Origin: SAR324 cluster bacterium REDSEA-S27_B3
GTDB lineage: Bacteria; SAR324; NAC60-12
Direction of reading: 5' to 3'
Assembly: GCA_001627865.1 (NCBI GenBank)
Contig: LUQO01000065.1
Span: forward strand, 13,134-77,133
DNA length: 64,000 nucleotides
The first letter of the stretch is position 1, and each line of letters opens with the position of its first letter. The notes under the pieces were generated by a model. That model was given only the letters and a program-made list of their open reading frames with translations. It searched no databases and was not told where the DNA came from. The position numbers and the translations under genes were made by a program. Below are positions 10,011 to 21,004 of this stretch, piece by piece.

Positions 10011-12671
10011 ATGACTTCAATTAATGTAAATGATTTGGATCCGCAGGAAACTCTTGAATGGGTTGAAGCGATGGAAGCAGTTATAGAAAGGGACGGTCAT
10101 GAAAGAGCTCAATTCATATTACGTCAATTGGCAGACCAGGCAGTTTTGTCCGGAGCAGGAAGTCCTTACTCCGCAAATACTCCTTATCTGAATACGATTC
10201 CGCCTGAACTTGAAAAACGTTCTGCAGGGAATCAGGAATTGGAATCAAAGCTTCGCTCCATTATACGCTGGAATGCAGCAGTTATGGTTATGCGTGCCAA
10301 CAAAGGAGATTCTGATTTAGGCGGGCATATTGCCAGTTATGCTTCCTCTGCAACTTTGTATGATGTTGGCTTTAACCATTTCTGGCACGCGCCTGATAAG
10401 GAACATGGCGGAGATCTTGTATTTTTTCAGGGACATTCCGCTCCAGGTATTTACGCACGTGCTTTTTTGGAAGGAAGACTGACGGAAGAACAGCTGGAAA
10501 ACTTTCGCAGTGAATCAGAAGGCAAAGGAATTTCCTCATACCCACATCCATGGCTGATGAGCGAATTCTGGCAATTCCCTACTGTTTCAATGGGTCTTGG
10601 ACCAATCATGGCAATATATCAGGCACGGTTCCTCAAATACATTCACAATCGTGGACTGGCAGACACAACCGAACGCAAGGTATGGACATTCTTAGGTGAT
10701 GGTGAAACAGATGAACCACAGTCGCTGGGAGCAATTGGTCTGGCTGCACGTGAAAATCTGGATAATCTAATTTTTGTAATTAACTGTAATTTACAGCGGC
10801 TGGATGGGCCCGTAAGAGGCAACGGAAAGATTATCCAGGAGCTTGAAGGTGACTTCAGGGGAGCAGGTTGGAATGTAATCAAAGTAATCTGGGGATCATA
10901 CTGGGATCCTTTGCTTGCGCGTGACACCGAGGGTTTTCTGCGAAAACGAATGGATGAAGCAATCGACGGCGAGTATCAGGCATTTAAAGCCAAAGGTGGA
11001 GCATATACACGTGCTCACTTTTTCGGAAAATACCCCGAACTGCTGGACATGGTTTCAAACATGTCAGATGAAGATATCTGGAGGCTGAACAGAGGCGGGC
11101 ATGATCCACATAAGATATACGCGGCATTCCATTCCGCGGTTAATCACATAGACCAGCCAACGGTAATTCTGGTAAAAACTGTTAAAGGTTATGGTATGGG
11201 AGGCTCCGGAGAAGCCATCAACATCACACATTCTCAAAAGAAAATGAAGTTGGATGATCTGAAAAGTTTTCGTGATCGATTCCGTGTACCAATTTCAGAC
11301 GAAGATGTGGAAAAACTGTCTTTTTACAAGCCACCGGATGATTCTCCGGAAGTTGAATATCTTAAAAAATGTCGTGATGCTTTGGGTGGTCCTTTACCTG
11401 CTCGCAGAATAAAAGGTGATGAGTTAACCATTCCATCATTATCAGTGTTTGATCGTTTATTACATGAGACTGGAGATCGAGAAATATCAACAACTCAGGC
11501 ATTAGTACAGGCAATGACAATCTTGTGCAGAGATAAAAACATTGGCCAGCGAGTGGTTCCCATAGTTCCTGATGAAGCCAGAACATTTGGAATGGAAGGG
11601 ATGTTTCGACAAATTGGAATATATGCCCATGAAGGTCAAAAATATGAGCCTGTAGATCGTGATCAACTTATGTATTACAAGGAAAATCAGAGCGGTCAGT
11701 TATTGGAGGAGGGAATTACTGAAGATGGAGCCATGTCTTCCTGGATTGCCGCGGCCACTTCTTACTCCAATTCTGGGATGCAGATGATTCCGTTTTACAT
11801 TTTCTACTCAATGTTCGGTTTTCAGCGAATTGGTGATTTGATCTGGGCAGCCGGTGATATGCAGGCACGCGGATTTTTAATTGGTGCCACTTCGGGTCGT
11901 ACAACATTGAACGGTGAGGGTTTACAGCATGAAGACGGACACAGTCAGATCATGGCCGGGAATGTGCCAAACTGTGTTTCTTATGATCCTACTTTTTCCT
12001 ATGAACTACTGGTGATTATGCATGATGCAATGGAACGTATGTTTAAGAAGCAGGAAAATGTTTTTTATTACATTACAACCATGAATGAAAATTATTCCCA
12101 TCCCGGCTTGATTAAGGGACAGGAAAAAAACATCGTAAAAGGCATGTACCTGCTTCAAAAAGGTAAAAAGGGTAAAACAAGAGTACAGTTATTAGGTTCC
12201 GGAACAATTTTACGGGAAGCTATCGCAGCAGCAGATTTACTTTCAAAGGACTTTAAAGTACAGGCAGATATTTGGAGCTGCCCCAGTTTCAACGAATTGA
12301 AGCGCGACGGAGACGAAGTTTCACGCTGGAATTTGCTTCATCCGGATAAAAAAGCCCGAAAAAGCCATGTAACTCAATGCCTGGAAAATACCGAGGGACC
12401 TGTAGTTGCCGCCACTGATTACGTTAAACTTTTTGCGGACCAGATTCGCGCTTATGTGCCTAAATTATACACAGTGCTTGGAACCGATGGTTATGGGCGC
12501 AGCGATTCACGTGAAGCCCTGCGCAAGCATTTTGAGGTGGACCGCTACTACATTACTGTTGCAGCCTTGAACGCCCTTTTTGTCGAGGGCAGAATTTCAG
12601 CAAAAATTGTGAAGTCTGCAATGAAAAAATATGGAATTGATTCGGAAAAAAACAATCCATTGCTGGCCTGA
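10011..12671 (+). CDS. aceE: pyruvate dehydrogenase E1 component (homodimeric type)
   Basis: 886 aa. ThDP-binding region GDGETDEPQS...NCNLQRLDGPVRGN. Followed by E2 and E3. Confidence 0.95.
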   Translation: MTSINVNDLDPQETLEWVEAMEAVIERDGHERAQFILRQLADQAVLSGAGSPYSANTPYLNTIPPELEKRSAGNQELESKLRSIIRWNAAVMVMRANKGDSDLGGHIASYASSATLYDVGFNHFWHAPDKEHGGDLVFFQGHSAPGIYARAFLEGRLTEEQLENFRSESEGKGISSYPHPWLMSEFWQFPTVSMGLGPIMAIYQARFLKYIHNRGLADTTERKVWTFLGDGETDEPQSLGAIGLAARENLDNLIFVINCNLQRLDGPVRGNGKIIQELEGDFRGAGWNVIKVIWGSYWDPLLARDTEGFLRKRMDEAIDGEYQAFKAKGGAYTRAHFFGKYPELLDMVSNMSDEDIWRLNRGGHDPHKIYAAFHSAVNHIDQPTVILVKTVKGYGMGGSGEAINITHSQKKMKLDDLKSFRDRFRVPISDEDVEKLSFYKPPDDSPEVEYLKKCRDALGGPLPARRIKGDELTIPSLSVFDRLLHETGDREISTTQALVQAMTILCRDKNIGQRVVPIVPDEARTFGMEGMFRQIGIYAHEGQKYEPVDRDQLMYYKENQSGQLLEEGITEDGAMSSWIAAATSYSNSGMQMIPFYIFYSMFGFQRIGDLIWAAGDMQARGFLIGATSGRTTLNGEGLQHEDGHSQIMAGNVPNCVSYDPTFSYELLVIMHDAMERMFKKQENVFYYITTMNENYSHPGLIKGQEKNIVKGMYLLQKGKKGKTRVQLLGSGTILREAIAAADLLSKDFKVQADIWSCPSFNELKRDGDEVSRWNLLHPDKKARKSHVTQCLENTEGPVVAATDYVKLFADQIRAYVPKLYTVLGTDGYGRSDSREALRKHFEVDRYYITVAALNALFVEGRISAKIVKSAMKKYGIDSEKNNPLLA

Positions 12672-12682
12672 GGAGATAACCT

Positions 12683-14071
12683 ATGCAAACAACCAAAGAC
12701 GTATTAGTTCCAGATATAGGTGAATTTGAAGAAGTAGAGGTTATAGAAGTATTAGTCAAATCCGGCGACACTGTATCCGCTGAAGACCCTCTGCTTACAA
12801 TGGAAAGTGATAAAGCGTCAATGGATGTTCCCTCTCCGTTTGGAGGGACAGTGAAGGATGTGAAAATAAAAGCAGGTGAAAAAGTTTCACAAAACGACCT
12901 GATACTAACATTATCGGTACAGGAGCAGGAGACCTCATCTGAATCGGCTGCTGCCGATGAAACTTCTTCTCCGGAAACATCAGCTGATGAAAATTTAATT
13001 CCGGAGACTTCCAATGAAAAAACACATTCTCCTGAAATTGTTGCAGTAAAAGAGGAATCTGTTTCAACAGGCAAAACCGAAACAGCCGGTTCGGAACCTG
13101 TTACAGCATCCTCAGCACAACGTCCTTCCCCAACACAAATGCTGGCAGATCAAAAGCAGTTTTTGCGAGCACATGCCAGTCCTTCCATCCGTAAATTTGC
13201 GCGCGAACTAGGGGTTGACCTGAGTCAGGTGCAGGGCACTGGTCGCAAAGCTCGCATTACACAGCAGGATGTTCAGAGTTTTGTTAAGCAGGCTTTAGCA
13301 AGTGTTTCTTCCGGAACTGCTCCGGCAGCCGGCACAGGTATTCCGGAGTTGCCTGAAATTGATTTCAGCAAATATGGTGCTGTTGAAATTCAACCTCTGT
13401 CGCGGATCAAAAAGAAAACAGGCATTAATTTGCATAGAGGATGGCTGAATGTGCCGATTGTTACTCATCATGATGAAGCTGATATTACCGAACTTGAGTA
13501 TTTCAGGAAATCACTCAAAGAGGAAGCGGCAAAGCAAAACGTTAAAGTCACACCGCTCGCGTTTCTGCTTAAAGCATGTGCTGCCACAATTCGGAAGCAT
13601 CCTCATTTCAATTCGTCATTAACTTCTGACAAAGAAAGTTTAGTGATCAAGCAATACCTTCATATTGGCGTGGCAGTCGATACACCGGAGGGTTTAGTTG
13701 TTCCTGTGATCAGAGATGTGGAGCAGAAAGGATTGATCGAGTTAGCAAAAGAACTGGCAGAAGTCAGTGAACGTGCTCGAGCAAGCAAATTAAAAACAAA
13801 AGACATAGAGGGAGGTTGCTTCAGCATTTCCAGTTTAGGGGGCATTGGTGGGACTTCATTTACTCCTCTGGTGAACGCGCCGGAAGTTGCGATTCTGGGA
13901 GTAACTCGTTCCCGTATGGTCCAAGTCTGGAACGGAAAGGATTTTAAACCGCGTCTGATGCTGCCTTTGGATTTAACCTATGATCATCGTGTGATTGACG
14001 GTGCCCAGGCTGCTCGCTTCATGGTCGATTTGTGTGGGATATTAGGCGATATGCGGAGAATATCGCTATGA
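12683..14071 (+). CDS. aceF: dihydrolipoamide acetyltransferase E2 (single lipoyl domain)
   Basis: Lipoyl-lysine motif MESDKASMDV, a Ser/Glu/Thr/Ala-rich linker, a subunit-binding segment (ASPSIRKFARELGVDL) and the catalytic DHRVIDGA. Confidence 0.95.
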   Translation: MQTTKDVLVPDIGEFEEVEVIEVLVKSGDTVSAEDPLLTMESDKASMDVPSPFGGTVKDVKIKAGEKVSQNDLILTLSVQEQETSSESAAADETSSPETSADENLIPETSNEKTHSPEIVAVKEESVSTGKTETAGSEPVTASSAQRPSPTQMLADQKQFLRAHASPSIRKFARELGVDLSQVQGTGRKARITQQDVQSFVKQALASVSSGTAPAAGTGIPELPEIDFSKYGAVEIQPLSRIKKKTGINLHRGWLNVPIVTHHDEADITELEYFRKSLKEEAAKQNVKVTPLAFLLKACAATIRKHPHFNSSLTSDKESLVIKQYLHIGVAVDTPEGLVVPVIRDVEQKGLIELAKELAEVSERARASKLKTKDIEGGCFSISSLGGIGGTSFTPLVNAPEVAILGVTRSRMVQVWNGKDFKPRLMLPLDLTYDHRVIDGAQAARFMVDLCGILGDMRRISL

Positions 14072-15825
14072 GCCTCATTCAAGTAAAAGTTCCAGATATT
14101 GGAGATTTTCAGGATGTTGAAGTAATTGAAGTTATTTGTAAAGAAGGTCAGACAGTTGCTGTTGAAGATTCACTGATAACTCTGGAAAGCGACAAAGCAA
14201 CCATAGATGTTCCATCACCTCAGTCAGGTACAATTCGTAAAATTAAGATCAGGACAGGAGACAAGGTTTCAGAAGGAAGCCTGATTTTAGAGCTGGAAAC
14301 AACAGGGGACTCGGCTGCAGAACAGCAAAAACCGAGTGAAGCTGTGGATCAGTTTACGGATACAAAACCATCAACAGCTATTGCCTCTCCGACTTCTGAT
14401 TCATTTTCCGGCAGTGCAGACATGAGCTGTGATGTCTTAGTGCTTGGTGCAGGTCCTGGAGGATACACTGCAGCTTTTCGAGCAGCAGACTTGGGTCAGA
14501 AAGTAGTTTTAGTTGAACGCTATAAAAGAATTGGTGGTGTTTGCCTTAATGTAGGATGTATTCCTTCCAAAGCCCTGCTTCATGCGGCCAAAATTATTGC
14601 TGAAACAAAAGAAATGAATGAACATGGAATTTCTTTCGGAAAACCGATAATTGATATTGATAAACTGCGTGACTGGAAGGACGGAATTATCAGTCAGTTG
14701 ACTGGAGGTTTGAAACACATGGCCAAACAGCGCAAGGTGGAAGTAGTAACAGGATTTGGTGAATTTGTTGATGAACATCATCTTTGTGCTATATGCAATA
14801 ATGAAAATAAAACTACAATAAATTTTAAACATGCTGTTATCGCAGCAGGCTCCCAACCTGTTAAGCTGCCATTCCTTCCGAATGATCCACGGATAATAGA
14901 TTCAACCGGTTCTTTGGAGCTTGCCAATATTCCGGAAAATTTACTGGTGATCGGCGGAGGAATAATCGGCCTTGAAATGGCAACTGTTTATCATGCACTC
15001 GGTTCAAGAATTACTGTTGTGGAAATGCTTGACGGTTTGATGATCGGTGCAGATCGGGACTTAATACGTCCATTCCAAAAGCGAATATCCAAACAATATG
15101 ATAATATCTGGCTGGAAACACGAGTAACCAAAGTTGAGGCTCTTAAAAAAGGATTGAAAGTGCATTTTGAGGGAAAAAATGCTCCAAAGAAACCACAGAT
15201 GTTTGATAGTATTCTTAGTTCAGTTGGACGTGCGCCAAATGGTTTGAATGTCGGCGCAGAAAATGCTGGAGTAGAAGTTGATGAAAATGGTTTTATTGCC
15301 ACTGATACACAAATGCGTACCAATGTCTCTCACATCTTTGCGATTGGTGATCTTGTCGGTCAGCCGATGCTCGCGCACAAAGCCTCACATGAAGCGAAAG
15401 TTGCTGCAGAAGTTATTTCCGGAATGAAAAGTTTTTTTGATGCTCGAACTGTTCCATCTGTGGCATATACAGATCCTGAAGTGGCCTGGACAGGAATTAC
15501 TGAAGAAGAAGCCAAGACGCAGGGCATCGCATATGGCAAAGGCAGCTTCCCCTGGGCCGCAAGTGGGCGGAGTTTGTCTTTAGGCCGCAGTGAAGGAATG
15601 ACAAAAGTTCTTTTCGATGAAGACACTAAACGAGTAATAGGAGTCGGCATTGTTGGACCGAATGCCGGAGATTTAATTGCTGAAGGAACACTGGCGATTG
15701 AGATGGGCTGTGACGCGAATGATATTGGTTCAACAATACATCCCCACCCAACTTTATCAGAAACAGTAGCCTTTGCGGCAGAGGCTTATGAAGGTACTAT
15801 TACTGATTTGTATATTCCTGACTAG
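14068..15825 (+). CDS. lpdA: dihydrolipoyl dehydrogenase E3 with an N-terminal lipoyl domain
   Basis: The ATG at 14068 overlaps the aceF stop (ATGA). LESDKATIDV lipoyl motif, GAGPGGY FAD site, redox disulfide GGVCLNVGCIPSK, C-terminal HPHPTLSE. Confidence 0.93.
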   Translation: MSLIQVKVPDIGDFQDVEVIEVICKEGQTVAVEDSLITLESDKATIDVPSPQSGTIRKIKIRTGDKVSEGSLILELETTGDSAAEQQKPSEAVDQFTDTKPSTAIASPTSDSFSGSADMSCDVLVLGAGPGGYTAAFRAADLGQKVVLVERYKRIGGVCLNVGCIPSKALLHAAKIIAETKEMNEHGISFGKPIIDIDKLRDWKDGIISQLTGGLKHMAKQRKVEVVTGFGEFVDEHHLCAICNNENKTTINFKHAVIAAGSQPVKLPFLPNDPRIIDSTGSLELANIPENLLVIGGGIIGLEMATVYHALGSRITVVEMLDGLMIGADRDLIRPFQKRISKQYDNIWLETRVTKVEALKKGLKVHFEGKNAPKKPQMFDSILSSVGRAPNGLNVGAENAGVEVDENGFIATDTQMRTNVSHIFAIGDLVGQPMLAHKASHEAKVAAEVISGMKSFFDARTVPSVAYTDPEVAWTGITEEEAKTQGIAYGKGSFPWAASGRSLSLGRSEGMTKVLFDEDTKRVIGVGIVGPNAGDLIAEGTLAIEMGCDANDIGSTIHPHPTLSETVAFAAEAYEGTITDLYIPD

Positions 15826-16156
15826 AAAAAATAGCGGATTTACTCAATTGTGTTGTAAATTAAATTAACGACGAAATAATCAGTAAATTTAACAAAAAAT
15901 AATTTTTTTCAAAAAAACACTTGACATAAACATTAATTTTGGAGAGCCTGTTATCACCTGCTTTTCAAGTTTACAATCCTTTTACCGTAATTTCCACACA
16001 AGAATATTTCTTACCTTCATTGTTATTAGTAATAATTTAATCCATTTTTTGTAACTCCAAGTTGCTGCAAATACGTTGAATTTATTCATCCTCGCGTAAA
16101 CACGCCAGAATGCGGTTTCTTCTTCCATGAGATGCCGCATCATTGATTAACCACCT

Positions 16157-17494
16157 GTGAAACATTACATGTCAAAAAGCCGGCCTCAGAATGGCAATGG
16201 AAATAATTCGAATGCTAATTCGGATTCTGTTACCAAACCAGATACCCTCAATTTAATTGAATTAAAGAAAAAAGATATCAATTCGCTGATTAAAATTGCG
16301 CGTGAATATAATATTGAAAATGCCAACAGCATGCGCGGTCAGGAGCTTCTCTTTGCCTTGCTGCAGGCACAGACAAAACGCAAAGGCATCATTTACGGTG
16401 CCGGTGTTCTGGAAGCTCTGCCTGACGGCTTCGGATTCCTTCGTGCGCCGGATTACAACTATTTGCCTGGTCCGGACGATATATATGTTTCCCCTTCCCA
16501 GATCAGGCGTTTTAATCTGCGTACCGGTGATACTGTGGCAGGCCAGATACGTCCACCGAAAGAGAGCGAACGTTATTACGCTTTGCTCAAGGTTGAAGAA
16601 ATAAACTTCAGTGACACGAACAAAGCTTTTGAAAAAATTCTTTTTGATAATCTGACCCCACTCCATCCTCAAGAACATCTCCATCTGGAACGCAAAGACA
16701 ATGATTTGACAACAAGAGTGATTGACTTAGTTTCACCGATTGGAAAAGGCCAGCGCGGAGTTATTGTTGCGCCGCCAAGAACCGGCAAAACAATGATATT
16801 GCAGTCGATAGCAAACAGTATTACCGAAAATCATCCTGAAGTGGATTTGATCGTTTTGCTGATTGACGAGCGTCCGGAAGAAGTTACCGATATGCGTCGA
16901 TCTGTGGATGGAGAAGTGGTTGCCTCAACTTTTGACGAACCGGCAACTCGCCACGTTCAAGTTTCTGAAATGGTGCTGGAAAAAGCCAAACGACTTGTTG
17001 AGCATAAGCGGGATGTGGTAATATTGCTAGATTCGATCACAAGGCTTGCCAGGGCCTATAACACTGTCATACCACCAAGCGGAAAAATTCTTTCAGGCGG
17101 CGTGGATTCAAACGCTCTTTTTAAACCAAAAAGATTTTTTGGTGCCGCCAGACATATTGAAGAAGGAGGTTCGCTGACTATCATCGCAACGGCGCTGATT
17201 GATACCGGCAGTCGAATGGATGAAGTGATTTTTGAAGAGTTCAAGGGAACCGGCAACATGGAACTGGTACTTGATCGAAAACCTGTGGAAAAAAGGATTT
17301 TCCCTGCGATTGATCTAAGCAAGTCCGGAACACGCAAAGAGGAACTTCTGATTGAAAAAGCCAACCTTGACAGGATTTGGGTATTGCGGAAAGTTCTCTC
17401 TCAGCTGAACGTGGTTGAGGCACTGGAATTTCTGATAGATAAAATGGACAAATTCAAGGAGAATGCAAACTTCCTGGATATGATGGATAAATAG
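16157..17494 (+). CDS. rho: transcription termination factor Rho
   Basis: Walker A APPRTGKT, an N-terminal RNA-binding region and typical Rho C-terminal blocks. The start may be GTG 16157 or ATG 16169. Preceded by a leader of about 330 nt. Confidence 0.95.
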   Translation: MKHYMSKSRPQNGNGNNSNANSDSVTKPDTLNLIELKKKDINSLIKIAREYNIENANSMRGQELLFALLQAQTKRKGIIYGAGVLEALPDGFGFLRAPDYNYLPGPDDIYVSPSQIRRFNLRTGDTVAGQIRPPKESERYYALLKVEEINFSDTNKAFEKILFDNLTPLHPQEHLHLERKDNDLTTRVIDLVSPIGKGQRGVIVAPPRTGKTMILQSIANSITENHPEVDLIVLLIDERPEEVTDMRRSVDGEVVASTFDEPATRHVQVSEMVLEKAKRLVEHKRDVVILLDSITRLARAYNTVIPPSGKILSGGVDSNALFKPKRFFGAARHIEEGGSLTIIATALIDTGSRMDEVIFEEFKGTGNMELVLDRKPVEKRIFPAIDLSKSGTRKEELLIEKANLDRIWVLRKVLSQLNVVEALEFLIDKMDKFKENANFLDMMDK

Positions 17495-17539
17495 CCCAAT
17501 ACACAAGTATCAAACATATAGAAACAAGAAATAGAAAAA

Positions 17540-17746
17540 ATGAAACCAAAAATACATCCTGAATATAAAATGACATCATTCCGCTGCGCATGCGGTTCCA
17601 CTTGGGAAGCGCCTTCTACAAAGGGGGGAGAGTTAACAGTGGAAATATGTTCAAACTGCCATCCGTATTTCACCGGGGCAGGACAAAGTTTGATTGACAC
17701 AACAGGGCGAATAGAAAAATTTAAACGCAAATACAGCCGGACTTGA
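17540..17746 (+). CDS. rpmE: 50S ribosomal protein L31 (Zn-ribbon type)
   Basis: MKPKIHPEY... with CxC...CxxC cysteines (CACG, CSNCH) and a FTG motif. Confidence 0.95.
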   Translation: MKPKIHPEYKMTSFRCACGSTWEAPSTKGGELTVEICSNCHPYFTGAGQSLIDTTGRIEKFKRKYSRT

Positions 17747-17752
17747 CCGGAA

Positions 17753-18820
17753 ATGCTGGATAAACTTGAGGAAATCAATTCACGCTTTGAAAAACTGACA
17801 AACGAACTTGGACAACCTGAAGTGGTCCAGGATCAGGGACGTTACCGCAAGTTGACTCAGGAACACTACGGTTTACAGGAAATAGTTGAGTGTTATCGAA
17901 GCTATCTGGAAATCCAGCATGAACTTGAGGGCAATCGTGAGCTGGCTGAGGCCAAGGATGAAGATCCGGAAATCCGCAAAATGGCCAATCAGGAGATTTC
18001 TGAACTAAGTCAGCAGTTGGAAAAGCTGCAAAAACAAATCGAACTTTTGCTCCTGCCGAAAGATCCTGATGATTCCAGAAATATTATAATTGAAATTCGA
18101 GCCGGTACAGGCGGAGATGAAGCAGCGCTGTTTGCCAGGGATCTTTTTCAGATGTATGCGCATTATTCTGAATCTCAAAATTGGCGTTTGAAACTGCTGA
18201 ATGAAAGCAGGAATGATCTTGGGGGTTTTAAGGAAATAACGTTTTCGATTGAAGGTAAGGATGTTTTCAGTCGCATGAAATATGAAGGCGGCGTGCATCG
18301 AGTACAGCGTGTACCGAAAACTGAAACACAAGGACGCATCCACACTTCCGCGGCAACAGTTGCTGTCTTGCCTGAGGTTGAAGATGTTGAAGTGGAAATT
18401 AATCCGGGAGATTTGCGGATTGATGTTTACCGATCATCCGGTCCGGGAGGCCAAAGCGTCAACACCACTGATTCTGCAGTCCGGATCACACATATTCCCT
18501 CCAGACTTGTTGTTATTTGTCAAAATGAGAAATCCCAGTTAAAGAATAAAAATCAGGCACTGAAAGTCCTCAGAGCACGTCTTTATGAACAGGAGCTCGA
18601 AGCCAGGCAGACTGAAACAGCTGAAAAGCGCAAAGGTATGGTTGGTTCCGGAGACAGGAGCGAGCGTATCCGGACATATAATTTCCCCCAGGGCCGTCTC
18701 ACCGATCACCGTATCAATTTAACTCTCTATAAACTTGAAGACATTTTGCTCGGCAATCTTGAGCTGGTGATTGATCCGTTGCTGTCATATCATCAGGAAG
18801 AATTGCTTAAAGCATCTTGA
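17753..18820 (+). CDS. prfA: peptide chain release factor 1
   Basis: GGQ motif (SSGPGGQSVNTT). A P-x-T tripeptide (PKT) sits at the RF1 stop-recognition position. No frameshift site. Confidence 0.95.
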   Translation: MLDKLEEINSRFEKLTNELGQPEVVQDQGRYRKLTQEHYGLQEIVECYRSYLEIQHELEGNRELAEAKDEDPEIRKMANQEISELSQQLEKLQKQIELLLLPKDPDDSRNIIIEIRAGTGGDEAALFARDLFQMYAHYSESQNWRLKLLNESRNDLGGFKEITFSIEGKDVFSRMKYEGGVHRVQRVPKTETQGRIHTSAATVAVLPEVEDVEVEINPGDLRIDVYRSSGPGGQSVNTTDSAVRITHIPSRLVVICQNEKSQLKNKNQALKVLRARLYEQELEARQTETAEKRKGMVGSGDRSERIRTYNFPQGRLTDHRINLTLYKLEDILLGNLELVIDPLLSYHQEELLKAS

Positions 18821-18951
18821 GTCTTCAAACAGCTGTGGGCAGGCTGATACGTACTCACAATCTGTGTTCCGGATTCCATTCTATTATCCAGATCTCCATT
18901 CTCTGTCCTGGCAGGTCTCAAAACATAATTACAATTTATTATTAGAAAATA

Positions 18952-20988
18952 ATGGCTTTTGAAACTCTTCTAAGTCCAATAAAGGTAGGCAATGTAACTC
19001 TGAAAAACAGGGTTGTGATGGGTTCGATGCATACCGGTCTGGAAGAACATCCAGACGGATCATCAAGGCTTGCTGCTTTTTATGCTGAGCGGGCAAAAGG
19101 AGGAGTTGGTCTGATTGTTACAGGCGGGTTCGCGCCTAACCCTGAAGGACGTGTTTTTGAAGAAGGTGCTGATCTGGTTTCAGCTGAGCAACTGGATTTT
19201 CATCAGCCGATAGTAAATGCAGTACATAAAAACGGAGGTAAAATAGCATTGCAGATTCTACACACCGGACGTTACGGGCTGCTGGAAAAATGCGTGGCGC
19301 CGTCCCCGATAACTGCTCCAATTAATTTTTATCGACCAAAAGAATTAAGCAATGATGAAATACTGCAAACCATCGAGGATTATGCCCGTTGCGCCAAACT
19401 GGCACAAGCTGCTGGTTATGATGGAGTTGAGATAATGGGGTCAGAGGGTTACTTGATTAACCAGTTCATTACCAAGTGCACCAATCACCGCATGGATGAA
19501 TGGGGCGGTTCGTTTGAAAACCGTATCAGATTTCCACTTGAAATTGTTCAACGCACAAGGGAGGCAGTTGACGCGGCATCACATGAGCGAGGAGATTTTT
19601 TAATTATTTTCCGTCTGTCCTGTCTTGATTTAGTTGAGGATGGCAGCAGTTTTGATGAGGTGGTGGAACTTGGACAGCGAGTGGAAGAGGCGGGCGCTTC
19701 AATGATTAATACCGGAATCGGCTGGCATGAAGCACGAGTACCTACAATCGCCATGATGGTTCCTCGTGCGGCATTTGCCTGGGTCACAGGCAAACTGCGG
19801 CCTCACCTGAAAATTCCCGTCATAACATCAAACCGCATCAACGATCCACATGTGGCGGAAAGTATTTTGAGGGACGGAATATCGGACATGGTATCCATGG
19901 CAAGACCATTTTTAGCTGATGAAAATTTTGTCAAAAAAACCGAAGAGGGATGTCCTCAAGAAATAAACACATGCATAGCCTGCAATCAGGCCTGTCTGGA
20001 TAATATCTTCAAAATGAAAACAGCAAGCTGCATGGTAAACCCACGAGCGGGACGTGAAACAGAATTAAATTATGAACCGGCTTCCAGACTTAAATCAATT
20101 GCTGTGATCGGCGCGGGGCCGGCCGGCATGACTGCAGCATACATTTCCGCAATGCGAGGACATCGCGTAACTCTGTTTGATCAGCGTACAGAACTGGGAG
20201 GACAGATAAATTATGCAGTCAGAATTCCCGGCAAACAGGAATTTTATGAAGTACTTCGATTCTATAAGGTGATGCTGGAAAAATATGGAGTGGAATTAAA
20301 ACTGGGACACAGATTAAGTCCGGAGACTTCACTTTCAGGTAAATATGACGCGGTCGTTTTAGCCAGCGGAGTGCGCCCTCGTAAACTGGAACTGGAGGGG
20401 GCTGATCATTCAAAAGTATTGAGTTACCTGGATGTTTTAGACACGGAACGAGTTGTGGGCCAAAAAGTGGCTGTGATCGGTGCAGGAGGTATCGGCATTG
20501 ATGTGGCGCACTTCCTGACCGCGCAAACTCCTTTTTCAGGAGATGTCCCGGATTATTTGCAGGGTTATGGTATTCTTGATGCGGATAAAGCATTAGCTGT
20601 TCGCAAACCAAAAAAACGGGAAGTGACTGTTTTGCAGCGTTCTACAGACAAAATTGGCAAACGGCTAGGTAAAACCACAGGCTGGGCACATATTCAAACT
20701 TTGAAATCTCATGGAGTTAAACTTCTTCCGGGAGCAACTTATCTGAAGATTGATGATTCCGGATTACATGTAAGAGTTGCCATGAATAAAGGCGAAGAAC
20801 CGCAAGATACAGTGCTTGAAGTTGATAATGTAATCGTTGCCGCCGGTCAGGAACCGAAGCGGGATTTGGAAAGCTCCTTACGTCAATCTGGTTATGAGGT
20901 ATATGTAATCGGTGGCGCAAGAGAGTCCCTGGGACTTGATGCAGACAGCGCAATCAGTGAAGGTGCTGAACTGGCGGCAAAGTTATAA
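18952..20988 (+). CDS. fadH: NADPH-dependent 2,4-dienoyl-CoA reductase
   Basis: 678 aa. OYE-like TIM barrel N-terminus, Cys cluster CIACNQACLD...ASCMVNP, then GAGPAG and GAGGIG Rossmann motifs. Confidence 0.88.
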   Translation: MAFETLLSPIKVGNVTLKNRVVMGSMHTGLEEHPDGSSRLAAFYAERAKGGVGLIVTGGFAPNPEGRVFEEGADLVSAEQLDFHQPIVNAVHKNGGKIALQILHTGRYGLLEKCVAPSPITAPINFYRPKELSNDEILQTIEDYARCAKLAQAAGYDGVEIMGSEGYLINQFITKCTNHRMDEWGGSFENRIRFPLEIVQRTREAVDAASHERGDFLIIFRLSCLDLVEDGSSFDEVVELGQRVEEAGASMINTGIGWHEARVPTIAMMVPRAAFAWVTGKLRPHLKIPVITSNRINDPHVAESILRDGISDMVSMARPFLADENFVKKTEEGCPQEINTCIACNQACLDNIFKMKTASCMVNPRAGRETELNYEPASRLKSIAVIGAGPAGMTAAYISAMRGHRVTLFDQRTELGGQINYAVRIPGKQEFYEVLRFYKVMLEKYGVELKLGHRLSPETSLSGKYDAVVLASGVRPRKLELEGADHSKVLSYLDVLDTERVVGQKVAVIGAGGIGIDVAHFLTAQTPFSGDVPDYLQGYGILDADKALAVRKPKKREVTVLQRSTDKIGKRLGKTTGWAHIQTLKSHGVKLLPGATYLKIDDSGLHVRVAMNKGEEPQDTVLEVDNVIVAAGQEPKRDLESSLRQSGYEVYVIGGARESLGLDADSAISEGAELAAKL

Positions 20989-21004
20989 AAACCTGAGCAG
21001 CAAA

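Noticed and set aside
12553-13074. 173-aa minus-strand ORF (and 12795-13067) antisense to the aceE/aceF junction
   Set aside because: It lies entirely inside confidently identified PDH genes. Its low-complexity Ser/Thr-rich translation mirrors the E2 linker on the opposite strand. No start context or family resemblance.
15826-16156. 330-nt region upstream of rho as a novel RNA element
   Set aside because: Long rho leaders used for autogenous attenuation are well known. I saw only a short hairpin (ATGCGG...CCGCAT near 16110-16140) and no distinctive structure.
16262-16684. 140-aa antisense ORF inside rho. Similar long antisense or out-of-frame ORFs occur at 22256-22666, 32130-32576, 38213-38650, 60425-60892 and 17401-17778
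   Set aside because: All are embedded in or span strongly supported genes, have no recognisable motifs, and are the size expected by chance in the opposite frames of long genes.
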